Shown piece by piece: positions 16,267 through 25,047 of a stretch of DNA of 64,000 bases (positions are counted from its first letter, which is position 1; each line of letters begins with the position of its first letter). The translations under genes and the position numbers were made by a program. Origin of the DNA: Synechococcus sp. UW140. Lineage in GTDB: Bacteria; Cyanobacteriota; Cyanobacteriia; PCC-6307; Cyanobiaceae. The stretch spans positions 1 through 64,000 of the forward strand of contig CALSAP010000015.1 in assembly GCA_943372935.1 (NCBI GenBank), read 5' to 3'. Below the pieces are notes generated by a model. The model did no database searches. It worked only from the letters and a program-made list of their open reading frames with translations, and was not told the origin of the DNA.

Positions 16267-18147
16267 CTACCTGGAGGCCTGATCCGCGAGGGCGACGGTG
16301 AAGATCTCCACCTCCCCGAGACTCTTCACCGCCTGGGGTCCCAGGGAGCGGGCCGAGAGGCCGGGGTCGGCCGCGATCAGGCTGGCGGTCTGGGCGTCAC
16401 ACACCACCGCCGCGTCCACATTCCGCGTGGCCGATTCGAGCCGGGCCGACAGGTTCACCGTGTCGCCGATCACGGTGAACTCCATCCGCTGTGGGCTGCC
16501 GATCTGGCCCACCATCACCTGGCCACTGGCCAGGCCGATGCCGTTGTCGAGGCTGGCGATGTCCCGCCGCGCCCAGTCCTCGTTGAGGCCGGCCAGGGCC
16601 GCCCGCATGGCCAGGGCGCAGCGCACCGCCTGGCGGGCCTCCTCGGCCACTCCCCGGCTCACCGGTGAGCCGAACACCGCCATCACCGCATCGCCGATGA
16701 ATTTGTCAACGGTGCCGCCATGGGCCATCACCACCTCCACCATGGCGCCCAGATACTCGTTGAGCTGGCGCACGTGCAGCTCGCTCTGGCCTTCACCGCT
16801 GCGCTGCTTGGTGAGCACCGTGAAGCCCTTGATGTCGGTCATCAGCACGGTCACTTCCAGCAGGCGGCCGCGCAGGATGCCCTGGGCCGATTCCGGGTCG
16901 GAGAGGATCTCCGCCACCACCCCGGGGGCCACGTAGCGCTCGAAGGTGCGGCGCAGGCGCCGCCGCTCCTGCCCCTCCCGCAGGTAGGCATCCCCGCCGT
17001 AGAGCAGGCCCAGCAGCACCAGGCCCGAGGAGGGCGCCAACAGGGGCAGCCAGCGGTTGGCCTGCTGCAGCGCCACGGCGACGACGGCCCCCTGGAGGAC
17101 CAGCACCAGCACCACCAGGGCGAGGCGCCAGCGCAGGTCGGTCCAGTGGCGGGCCGCCGCCAGCACGAGCAGCAGCGGCAGCAGGGCCAGCAGGGCCCGG
17201 CCCGGCGCGCTGCGGGGCCAGGGCTGCAGCCCATCCCCCTGCAGCGAGTTGGCGGTGGCGGTGGCCAGCACCTCCAGTCCCGACAGGCGGCCGAAGGGGG
17301 TGGGGTAGCCGTCGGTCCCCTGGGCGACCACCGGGCCAAGCAGCACCAGGGCCCCCTTCACGTCCTGGCGCAGGGGATGGGTCTGCCAGCGCGCGGGGTC
17401 GAGCACCTCCCAGGCCGGCAGGCGCTGGAAGCTGCCCTCCGGGCCATAGAAATTGAGCGCGCTGGCCCGGTCGTCCTGGTGGCTCCGGTGGCCCCCCAGC
17501 CGCAGCAGGGTGGAGGAGAGGGCGCTGTGGCCCTCGGCGCCCCGGGCGGGAAGCACGCCGCTGGCGTAGGCCTCGGGGTGGCGGCTCGGCTCGCTGGAGG
17601 TGCCGGCGAGGATGTTGGTGAGCCCGAGGGAGCCGGTGCCGCCGATGGCCGCCAGGAAGCGCTCCGGCCGCACGAAGGTGAGGGCTCCCGCCCCCTGGGT
17701 GTCGTCGGATTCGAGCATCTCGGCCGCCAGGGCGACCCGGCCGGGGTAGCGCCGCAGCCGCAGCTCCAGGGCATCGTCATCGGCCGGCCCCTTGCCGCTG
17801 GGCCCCTCGAAGACCACATTCACGGCCACGGCCCTGGCACCGGCCTGCAGCAGCTTCTCCGCCACCATGCCGTAGGTGGCGCGGGGCCAGGGCAGGCTGC
17901 CGACGCCCCTGGCCCATTCCGGGATCCGGCCTTCCTCCTCGAACCAGTCCCCCTGCTGCAGGGTGGCGTCATCGACCGTGACCAGCACCACCTTCTCTGG
18001 CGGCCGGCGCGGGCCCCGCAGCAGCATCAACTGCTGCTCCACCCCCCGCTCCCAGACACGCATCCGGGGTCCCGGCCAGCCGGAACTGACCCCCACCCAG
18101 GCCAGCACGGCCACCACGAGGACCTTGAAGGTGCGGCGTCGCGCCAT
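16267..18147 (-). CDS. CHASE2 sensor / class III nucleotidyl cyclase (second copy)
   Basis: CHASE2-like N-terminal half, TM block, cyclase core (VLMTDIKGFTVL...DKFIGDAVMAVFGSP...IGLASGQVMVGQIGS...IGDTVNLSARLE). Convergent with speA. Confidence 0.9.
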   Translation of the reverse strand: MARRRTFKVLVVAVLAWVGVSSGWPGPRMRVWERGVEQQLMLLRGPRRPPEKVVLVTVDDATLQQGDWFEEEGRIPEWARGVGSLPWPRATYGMVAEKLLQAGARAVAVNVVFEGPSGKGPADDDALELRLRRYPGRVALAAEMLESDDTQGAGALTFVRPERFLAAIGGTGSLGLTNILAGTSSEPSRHPEAYASGVLPARGAEGHSALSSTLLRLGGHRSHQDDRASALNFYGPEGSFQRLPAWEVLDPARWQTHPLRQDVKGALVLLGPVVAQGTDGYPTPFGRLSGLEVLATATANSLQGDGLQPWPRSAPGRALLALLPLLLVLAAARHWTDLRWRLALVVLVLVLQGAVVAVALQQANRWLPLLAPSSGLVLLGLLYGGDAYLREGQERRRLRRTFERYVAPGVVAEILSDPESAQGILRGRLLEVTVLMTDIKGFTVLTKQRSGEGQSELHVRQLNEYLGAMVEVVMAHGGTVDKFIGDAVMAVFGSPVSRGVAEEARQAVRCALAMRAALAGLNEDWARRDIASLDNGIGLASGQVMVGQIGSPQRMEFTVIGDTVNLSARLESATRNVDAAVVCDAQTASLIAADPGLSARSLGPQAVKSLGEVEIFTVALADQASR

Positions 18148-18558
18148 CTCGAAGACCTCTCCCGTCGGCGCCGCTGTAGACGCTCAGCCGCAGGCCATCA
18201 TCGTGGCAGCTAGGGGCGAGCGCCTAGGACCTTGGAGCCTGTTGTACCTCGGAGCCTCAGGCCTGGGGCTGCCTGTGAACGAGGAGCGCTCCTCTCGAAG
18301 TGCTGCCCGTTGGTTCTGGCCGCTCAGGCCGTTGCCAAGGCTGCCCTGCACAGCTCGAGGATGTTTTGGGTGGTGGCCATTGGCACCCGCTCGCCATTCC
18401 CCTTCTCAAGGCCCCGCAACCGGAGGCGCTCCAGCCCTCGGGCTCCATTGATCTGGACTAAGCACGACTCCAGGACCGTCTTGAGGAGGACGTGGATCGC
18501 CTAGCCAGCCGCTGAGCGGAACTTGGGATCCAGCCGGCTGAATAGAACTCATTCTCTT

Positions 18559-19968
18559 TCATTGCCGAAGAAGATCTTCGATCAATGCGTTTCTCCGCTG
18601 AAGAATGTCTACGGCCGCCTGGCCATTCCCCACAATTTGCCTGAGTTGCCGAGCGCCGTCACTCAGGAGAGAGAAAGCAGGCCTGACCCACCCCTTTCCC
18701 GGAACAAGGGACACAATATCAATGACAGCGTTCACGGGATCTCCGCCTATATACTTAGAATAGGCCGAGAAAAGCTTTTCGCCAGCAACAATTGGTTTTA
18801 AGGCTGTTTGAAGGACTCTCAAGCTATTGCTTTGCGTGACAATCCCGAAGACATTCAAGGCTATATCTACATGAGAGGGCCTTAGAAACCGAAAACGATC
18901 AGCAATGACACCCCTAACCGTGCCTATGTCTGTAGCCTGATAGGCTTGAAAGCTGGACACTCTATCATTGAGGAAACCAATATTCGCAGCATCGGCAGTA
19001 TAGGATATCCTCCGCCCAAAGAAGTTGGGATGCTCAAAGAGATCAATGCGTGCCCCCCGCGGAAGATCAATTGACGAGTAATCGTCATTAAACCTGACTT
19101 GTCGTCGGCTTCCAAGTGTATCACTATGCGCAAGTCCCTGGAAGTTCGAATGCTGATAAAGGATAACTTCGTCGCTTCGTTGGCGGCGAACTCGCAGACT
19201 GCTTATGCTATCGTTCAGATATGAGGTTCTCCAGTTGGGGTCGCTCCAGTCAGCGCCAATACTGGCCTGGGAGTGGGAAACGACAGTGCTTCTTCCTTGG
19301 AAATTGGCATGCTCGAAGAACTCTACAACCAAATCACTACCGGCAGGGATGCGTATCGAAGTCGCGATGTCATTAAAATCGCCGCCAATGAATGAATAGT
19401 TGCCAATTCCGAATGTCTTTGAGCGGCCAGAATACGCCGCATGCTCAAAGAGAGTTACAGAAGCATTGAATTCGACTTGGACAGGCGAGCCATCAATCAA
19501 GAGAATTCCGGAATCATCCTCGCTGAACGCAGAGGCCGAAAGATCCGACATGCTTTTCGACATCACCAAAGACGCAAAAATCTCGCCTTCATCTCCAAGG
19601 CTATCAACAAGGTTGATTCTTGCGTCAATTGCGTGGCCAATCTCCTCGGCAAGGACATCCGCAATCTGCCATGTGGCAGAGCTATCAACGAAGTTGCCAT
19701 CAATGTAGATTGTATTGTCAGCTCTCGCGTAGGCAGCCGTTTCAAGTCCCGTAATATTATCAACCCTGACGACATTCAAGTCCAGGGCGTCTACCAAGCT
19801 TTCGTTTGCACTTATGGACGGCCCAACAAGCTCTTGAATCTTTGCGTAAGAGCCAACTCCAAAAACACTGTCGAATGAACTGATAGGCGTGGCTAGAAGA
19901 GCTGAATGAATCGATGCCTCTGCAAAGGCAATGCCATCAGAGAGATTACAAAAAGCAGGGGGAGCGCC
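18559..19968 (-). pseudogene. Low-GC gene for a protein with four beta/gamma-crystallin-type Greek-key repeats, 5' end interrupted by an ISAs1-family insertion
   Basis: There are four repeats of the type (L/V)(F/Y)EHxNFxG(R)S ... NDxxSSxxV (e.g. VEFFEHANFQGRST...LNDSISSLRV; VILYQHSNFQGLA...FNDDYSSIDL; IDLFEHPNFFGRRIS...LNDRVSSFQA). GC content is far below its surroundings. The first 45 codons of the annotated ORF (to 20103) are IS sequence; the native 5' end continues at 21236..21315 on the other side of the IS. Confidence 0.7.
19958..19968. repeat. 11-bp target-site duplication (left copy) gggggagcgcc
   Basis: The identical 11-mer recurs at 21236-21246, immediately outside the inverted repeats. 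Confidence 0.7.
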
Positions 19969-21235
19969 AGGGCCTATTAAAAGTCTGGCCCAGTATGGCT
20001 GGCTGATCCTGTCAGCATGGGATTCGGTCCACGGGAATGGTCCTTTTCCCATACCCGTCTCTTCCGATCCAAGCCAGCTTGACGCCGCTGCCGATCTGAT
20101 CACCCTGCTGCAGGCCTTGCCCAGCTGCAGGATGCGCCGCGGGGTGCGCTATCCGCAGTGGTGGATGCTGCTGGTGGCGATCCTCGCGATCCTCAGTGGG
20201 CAGGGCTCCTTGGTTGGCATGGAGCGTTTCGCTAAGCGCCATCTGGCCTTGCTCAACGAAGTTCTCGACTTGGAGATCGGCAAGCCACCGTCTGATTCCA
20301 CGTTCCGTTACCTGTTCCTGCAGCTCGATGTGGAGGCGTTCGAGGCCCTGCTGCTCCACTGGATGAATCAGCAGCCTGCCTTGGCGGATGGCGTCGATTC
20401 TCTCGTGTGCGATGGCAAGACGCTGCGCGGCTCGATCGATGAGAAGCCTGGTGCCGCAGCGACGTTCATTGCCCAGGTGAGTCTGTATTCCCAGGCGCTG
20501 GGCGTGGCCATTGCCCAGACCACCTATGCCACTGACGAGAGCAGCGAGACGGCTGCGCTCCAACGCCTCCTCAGCGGCATCGAGCTCACCGACGTACTGG
20601 TGCAGGCGGATGCCCTGCACGGAAATCGTCCGTTTTTCTCTTCCTTGCGGAGCAGGGCGCCGACTTCTTGATTGCCATCAAAGGCAGTCGGCGAAAGGCT
20701 TTTCAGCTGATCCGCGATCGACTGACCTACGGCAAGCGGGTGCCATTTCAGGCCAGCGCGTCGGAACGCGGCCACGGCCGCGAGAGCACCTGGACCCTGC
20801 GGGCAGTGGAAGCCCCCACGACGATCAAGGAGATCTGGCCAGGAAGCGCCTTGATCATCTCGGTGAGATCCGCGGGTACCCGTGAGGGAAGGGCGATCAA
20901 CGAGACTCGCTACTACGTCACCAGCCTGCGCACCACGGCAAAAGCCTTGCTGCAACACGTGCGGGATCGGTGGTCGATCGAGAACTCCTGGCACTGGGTC
21001 CGTGACACCCAGCTGCGTGAGGATGCCCACAGATACCGGGAACGCAACGGGGTGCAGGTGCTGGCAGGGCTACGCACCGTGGCGCTGAACCTGTTGCGCC
21101 TCAACGGGTTCCACTCCATCGCAGATGCGTTGGGTGCTGTCAGCCACAACGTGGAGCTCCTGCTCCGTCTGATGCACTGGCACGGGCAGGGAGGCCCGGA
21201 GCCGGCTTCATCATGAGACTTTTAATAGGCCCTGA
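19969..21235 (+). mobile_element. ISAs1-family insertion sequence (about 1.27 kb) with 18-bp perfect terminal inverted repeats
   Basis: IRL agggcctattaaaagtct (19969-19986) and IRR agacttttaataggccct (21216-21233), flanked by 11-bp direct repeats. The internal transposase has the ISAs1 hallmarks (VRYPQWWMLLVAILAILSG...LVCDGKTLRGS; RYYVTSL...HVRDRWSIENSWHWVRDTQLREDAHRYR). Confidence 0.75.
19990..21216 (+). pseudogene. ISAs1-family transposase, split by a frameshift near 20640-20675 (T-run cgtttttctc)
   Basis: The N-terminal half reads in the 19931..20671 ORF and the C-terminal half in the 20668..21216 ORF. The expected continuation ...NRPFFLFLAEQGADFLIAIKGSRRKAF is only obtained by shifting one nucleotide within the T-run. 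No in-frame ATG exists inside the IS before the conserved N-terminal region, so the start is uncertain. The stop TGA overlaps the IRR. Confidence 0.7.
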
Positions 21236-21246
21236 GGGGGAGCGCC
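21236..21246. repeat. 11-bp target-site duplication (right copy) gggggagcgcc
   Basis: Direct repeat of 19958-19968. Confidence 0.7.
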
Positions 21247-21315
21247 GAGAATAGAATCAAGGCAACTTGCACCCGCTAGCGCTGGGGATGCAGGCACGAA
21301 ACCTATCCCTTCCAT
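21236..21315 (-). pseudogene. Displaced native 5' end of the beta/gamma-crystallin-repeat gene (MEGIGFVPASPALAGASCLDSIL-GAPP...)
   Basis: Own translation of the minus strand from the ATG at about 21313-21315 runs in frame into the TSD (GAPP). Deleting the IS plus one TSD copy joins this exactly to AFCNLSDGIAFAEASIH... at 19957 and below. The low-GC character continues to about 21450. Confidence 0.5.
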
Positions 21316-21675
21316 TGTTCAGCAGGAAATTATCAATATCTTGCCAGCCGCCAAGACACCTAGCAGCCGGAAGAACATTTCTTAATACGTTGTCGTCCAA
21401 TATGCGATAGGCGCACAACTAGACGCTCGCACCGCTCAAATTCGGGTTTTCCATTGTCGGCTTGGGCTCGTGAGCTGAGCCCCTCCAACACAGCAGGATT
21501 GGTCACGGCATCGGGCAGCGCCGGCTGTCCTACGCCTCTCTCACTGAGGTCGGATCCAGCTCCGACACCCTGGCACAGCCGCTTTGATGCCACCGACTCG
21601 CATCGGCTGAGCAGAGTGGCGAGGCCGATCAGCTGTCGGCCACTCCATGCAGCCGGAACACAGTTCCCAACTGGA

Positions 21676-22020
21676 TCACCCCCAAGTCTTGAGCGGCCTC
21701 AAGCCTCCAGCCTGTTTGATCCAGCCGCACACCTTCCCAATCCGCTGCCTGGCGTTGCTCGGGCGGGCGCTACCCGCGTGGCGAAGGATACGGCCGTCGA
21801 TCGCAGAGCGGAGGCACACCCAGATAGTCCGGGCGCCATGGGGCGTGATGCCCGAGTTACGCAGATCGGCCACAAAATCCCTGGTGTCGTGGCCCTTGCC
21901 GGCCACAATTGGCTTCTGGTGAGCAGCCGGCAGAGAGCGTGCTATGTGCACGGCCGCCGCATAAATCCTTCGCCGTCCACGGGTGTCACCCTGCCACTTC
22001 AGGGACTGTGAGGATCCCAA
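21676..22020 (-). pseudogene. IS5-family (IS427/IS1031-like) transposase relic
   Basis: SSQSLKWQGDTRGRRRIYAAAVHIARSLPAAHQKP... IVAGKGHDTRDFVADLRNSGITPH resembles the DSQSVKT...GRKRHI..D.LG and GDKGYD..F...L...GI.P blocks of IS5-family DDE transposases. It is degenerate and incomplete. Confidence 0.35.
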
Positions 22021-22357
22021 GCCACATTCAGGTTGGCATCTGACGGGAACTTCTCAGCCAGCATCAACTTCTGACGGATGCCGCAGATTGCCTGCAGCAA
22101 CAGCTCCCGCAGCAGCAGCTTCGGCGGGATCGAGGGACTCGCGCCCACGGAGTGAAGCAGGCAGAAGGTGGGATTGAGACCGCCCATCGCCTGATCCTCC
22201 AGGCGTCGCACCCCTGATGGAGATGGGCCTAGGGGATCCTGTTCTCGATGGAGAAGCAAGAAAAGAAAGGAGAAGACCGATCCCCGCTTGCGGGCGGCAT
22301 ATCCGCTGGATGCCATTGATCCATTCACTGTCAGCGTGCCTTGTGTCCCGCAGCCTC

Positions 22358-23452
22358 CTAGCGCGCGCCCCCCGCCACCGGACTCCACAGCGTGCAGATG
22401 GCGACGGCCCGGCCGGAGCGCTCCAGCCGCACGCAGTCGATGGCCCGGGCCCTGGGACGGTTGATCAGGATCTGGGTGTGCAGGGGCGAGCCCATCCAGC
22501 GGGACACGATCAGCTCCGGGTTCCAGGCGCCCGCCGGCATCGGGCAGGCGATCACCTCACTGGTGGGCATGAGCCTGGCCGTCGCCGCCATCCGCTCCTG
22601 GAACGCCCCCCAGCTGGAGCGGTCGTGGTCGCAGTCGCGGCTGTTCAGCACCCCCTCGAGCACCGGCGCCAGATAGGCGGCGTTGCGGGCCGCCAGGTCC
22701 GCCGGCAGGGGTTCCAGGGCGGGGCGCCCAGCCTGGGCCCGGTAGCGATTGATGGTCTCCACCAAGGGATCACGGCTGACCACCGGCCTCGGCGGGGCGG
22801 CGATCACCCCGGGGAAACGGCGCTCCACGAAGGCCTCCAGCGCCGCCATGCCCGGCAGGGGGGCGGTGAAGCCCTGGAACAGGGGCCCCCGCAGGATGGC
22901 GGCGTAGTCGTCCGCCGTGAGGGGTCGCTGCCAGAGCAGGGCCCCCTGGCTGGAGAGGCGCACCCGGTTGCCTCCAGCCAGCAGGAGCGGCGCCCCGGGC
23001 AGGGGCCGTCCATCGGCGAGGGGCTGGAGCTCCACCGACCCCTCCAGCACCGTCACCTCCTGCTCGCTGCTGTCCAGCAGGGTGATCAGGTAATTGGTGC
23101 CCCGGGTGCTCAGCCGTGAGGAGCGGGTGCAGCCGTTCTGCTGGCCGGACACCAGGATCTGGCCGCTGTTGAGCAGGAAGCAGGTGCTGCCGAGTCGCAG
23201 CTGGGTGAAGCGGTTGAGGCGGCCGGCGGCCCCACCGGCGAAGCCCAGCTGGCCGCGACTCTTCTGGGTGCGGACCAGCTCGGGGGTGAACGCCTGCTCC
23301 TGCACGTGGGCCTGACGGCGTTCGATGAACAGCTCCGGGCCATCGAGGATCTCCTGCACGACGGCCGACGGGCTGGTGCTGGCCACGCTGCCGCTGGGCC
23401 AGGCCAGGGCCGCCGCCAAGGCCGTCATCAGCACCGGGTGCGGTCGGATCAC
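22358..23452 (-). CDS. Secreted FecR-domain protein with a C-terminal CAP/SCP (PR-1-like) domain
   Basis: Signal peptide. The FecR-like region (AVVQEILDGPELFIERRQAHV...GQILVSGQQNGCTRSSRLSTRGTNYLITLL...VTVLEGSVEL) is paralogous to the next gene. The C-terminal block (NAAYLAPVLEG...DCDHD...GSPLHTQILI...) resembles the cysteine-rich secretory protein (CAP) fold motifs. Confidence 0.65.
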   Translation of the reverse strand: MIRPHPVLMTALAAALAWPSGSVASTSPSAVVQEILDGPELFIERRQAHVQEQAFTPELVRTQKSRGQLGFAGGAAGRLNRFTQLRLGSTCFLLNSGQILVSGQQNGCTRSSRLSTRGTNYLITLLDSSEQEVTVLEGSVELQPLADGRPLPGAPLLLAGGNRVRLSSQGALLWQRPLTADDYAAILRGPLFQGFTAPLPGMAALEAFVERRFPGVIAAPPRPVVSRDPLVETINRYRAQAGRPALEPLPADLAARNAAYLAPVLEGVLNSRDCDHDRSSWGAFQERMAATARLMPTSEVIACPMPAGAWNPELIVSRWMGSPLHTQILINRPRARAIDCVRLERSGRAVAICTLWSPVAGGAR

Positions 23453-23456
23453 CGGC

Positions 23457-24176
23457 TCAGAAGAAGCGCGGCAGGCCGAAGGGCAGCGACGGCGGACTGA
23501 TCGGAACCGGCAGGTTCACCCCCGGCACCCGGGAGCGGATGTAGCTCTCCAGGGAGCCGTAGGCCGGCAGCGGCACCCGGAAGCCCTGGAACAGGGGCCC
23601 ACCCAGGATGCTGTTGTAGTCGCTGACGCTCAGCCCCAGGATCGCCAGCACCACCCCGGCGGGGGAAAGGCGCAGCTTCTGGCCTGCTTCCACTGTGGTG
23701 GCGGGTTTGCCGGTGGGTTCCCCGTCGGCGAGCGGCTCCACCTCCACCGATCCCTCCAGCACGGAGATCTCCGCCTCCCCCGACTCACTGACATCGATCA
23801 GGTAATTGGTGCCCCGCACGCTGAGGCGGGCGGAACGGGTGCAGCCGCTCTGCTTGCCCGACACCAGAATCTGGCCCTTCTCGATCAGGAAGCAGCCCTG
23901 GCCCAGCTTGAGCAGGGCGAAGCGGTTGAGGCGGCCGGCGGCGCCGCTGTCGAAGCGGATCTGGCCGCGGCTGTTCTGGGTGCTGACCTTCTGGGGGGCG
24001 ACGGCCTTCTCCTTCACCTTGGCCGTCTTGCCATCGATGAACAGCTCGTTGCCATCGAGGATCTCTTGCACCACGGCGCTCTCGGATGCCTCTGACGGCA
24101 GCGACCCCAGGGGCGGGCCCACCAGGAGGATCAGGATCGGCAGGAACGACAGGCTCTGCAGGCGGCAGCGGCGCAT
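23457..24176 (-). CDS. Secreted FecR-domain protein (tandem paralog)
   Basis: AVVQEILDGNELFIDGKTAKV...GQILVSGKQSGCTRSARLSVRGTNYLIDVSESGEAEISVLEGSVEV is a near-copy of the N-terminal domain of 22358..23452. The likely start is at the Met preceding the hydrophobic signal (MRRCRLQSLSFLPILILLVG); the ORF track extends to 24254. Confidence 0.65.
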   Translation of the reverse strand: MRRCRLQSLSFLPILILLVGPPLGSLPSEASESAVVQEILDGNELFIDGKTAKVKEKAVAPQKVSTQNSRGQIRFDSGAAGRLNRFALLKLGQGCFLIEKGQILVSGKQSGCTRSARLSVRGTNYLIDVSESGEAEISVLEGSVEVEPLADGEPTGKPATTVEAGQKLRLSPAGVVLAILGLSVSDYNSILGGPLFQGFRVPLPAYGSLESYIRSRVPGVNLPVPISPPSLPFGLPRFF

Positions 24177-24253
24177 TCGCTCAAGGCTCCGGGTCCGGAT
24201 GGCTGCATTCTGCTTGGTGGGCCCCAAAACGCATCCGCCCTCCAAAAAACGCA

Positions 24254-24958
24254 TCAGCGCGCGCAGAACCGCACCGTCAAGCTCAAGCGGTCCTTCGGCA
24301 GCGCCAGCTCGGCCGGGTCGAAGGGTGGGGCGGCGTCGGCCGCGGCCGCCCGCATCAACATCGGCCGCAGTTCGTTGCCGTCCAGCTGCACGTCCAGGGG
24401 GTTGAGCTTGCTGAGCCCGACGGCGGCAGCCACCTCCCGGGCCTGGGCGAGGGCGTCCTGGTAGGCCGCCCGCAGCAGCTGGCGCCGCACCCCCCCGTCC
24501 AGGCCCCGGTCAGCCTCGGTGGCCACCGGTGCCAGCCGCACCCCGGGCAGGGCCCCCACCTCCCGGATCAGGGCCTGCAGCCGCTGGGGCACCAGCCGGC
24601 CGCTGACCTGCAGGCTGGCCGTCACCGCCGCCGGCCGGTTGCGTTCGGCGTCACGCCGCCAGGTGCTCGGCGAGGTGACCCGCAGCTCCTCCACCTGCTG
24701 GCCCTGCAGGGCGGTCCGCACCGCCGCCAGACGCTCCTGCAGGCTCTGCAGGGCCCCATCGGCGGTGGGTGCTTCCGCCTCCATGGACAGGGAGAACGAA
24801 AGTCGACGGGTGGGACGCTCCTGTTCGGCACTGCCCCTGGCCTCCAGCAGGGTGCCCTCGCAGCGCAGCTGCACCTGGGCGACCGCAGTGCCCGGCCAGG
24901 AACCGAGCGTCGTCAGGCCCAGCAGCAGGACCAGGGGGCGCAGGCAGATCGGGCGCAT
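24254..24958 (-). CDS. Periplasmic SIMPL/DUF541-like protein
   Basis: A size of 234 aa, a signal peptide and a composition/pattern resembling the 26-kDa periplasmic immunogenic protein (SIMPL) family. Co-directional with the two FecR-domain genes. Confidence 0.5.
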   Translation of the reverse strand: MRPICLRPLVLLLGLTTLGSWPGTAVAQVQLRCEGTLLEARGSAEQERPTRRLSFSLSMEAEAPTADGALQSLQERLAAVRTALQGQQVEELRVTSPSTWRRDAERNRPAAVTASLQVSGRLVPQRLQALIREVGALPGVRLAPVATEADRGLDGGVRRQLLRAAYQDALAQAREVAAAVGLSKLNPLDVQLDGNELRPMLMRAAAADAAPPFDPAELALPKDRLSLTVRFCAR

Positions 24959-25047
24959 CGACGTGGTGAACGGTTGCTCCCAGCCTGCTCGGCCAAGGAG
25001 CCGAAGATCAGGATCGGCGGCAGGATGGGGCGATCGAAGCGAGCGCC

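Noticed and set aside
16720-18213. 497-aa + strand ORF over the second CHASE2 cyclase
   Set aside because: It is antisense to a gene with unmistakable class III cyclase motifs.
21999-22388. 129-aa minus-strand ORF between the IS5 relic and the FecR-CAP gene
   Set aside because: No motif, start or signal evidence. It overlaps the 3' end of 22358..23452 and is likely non-coding spacer.
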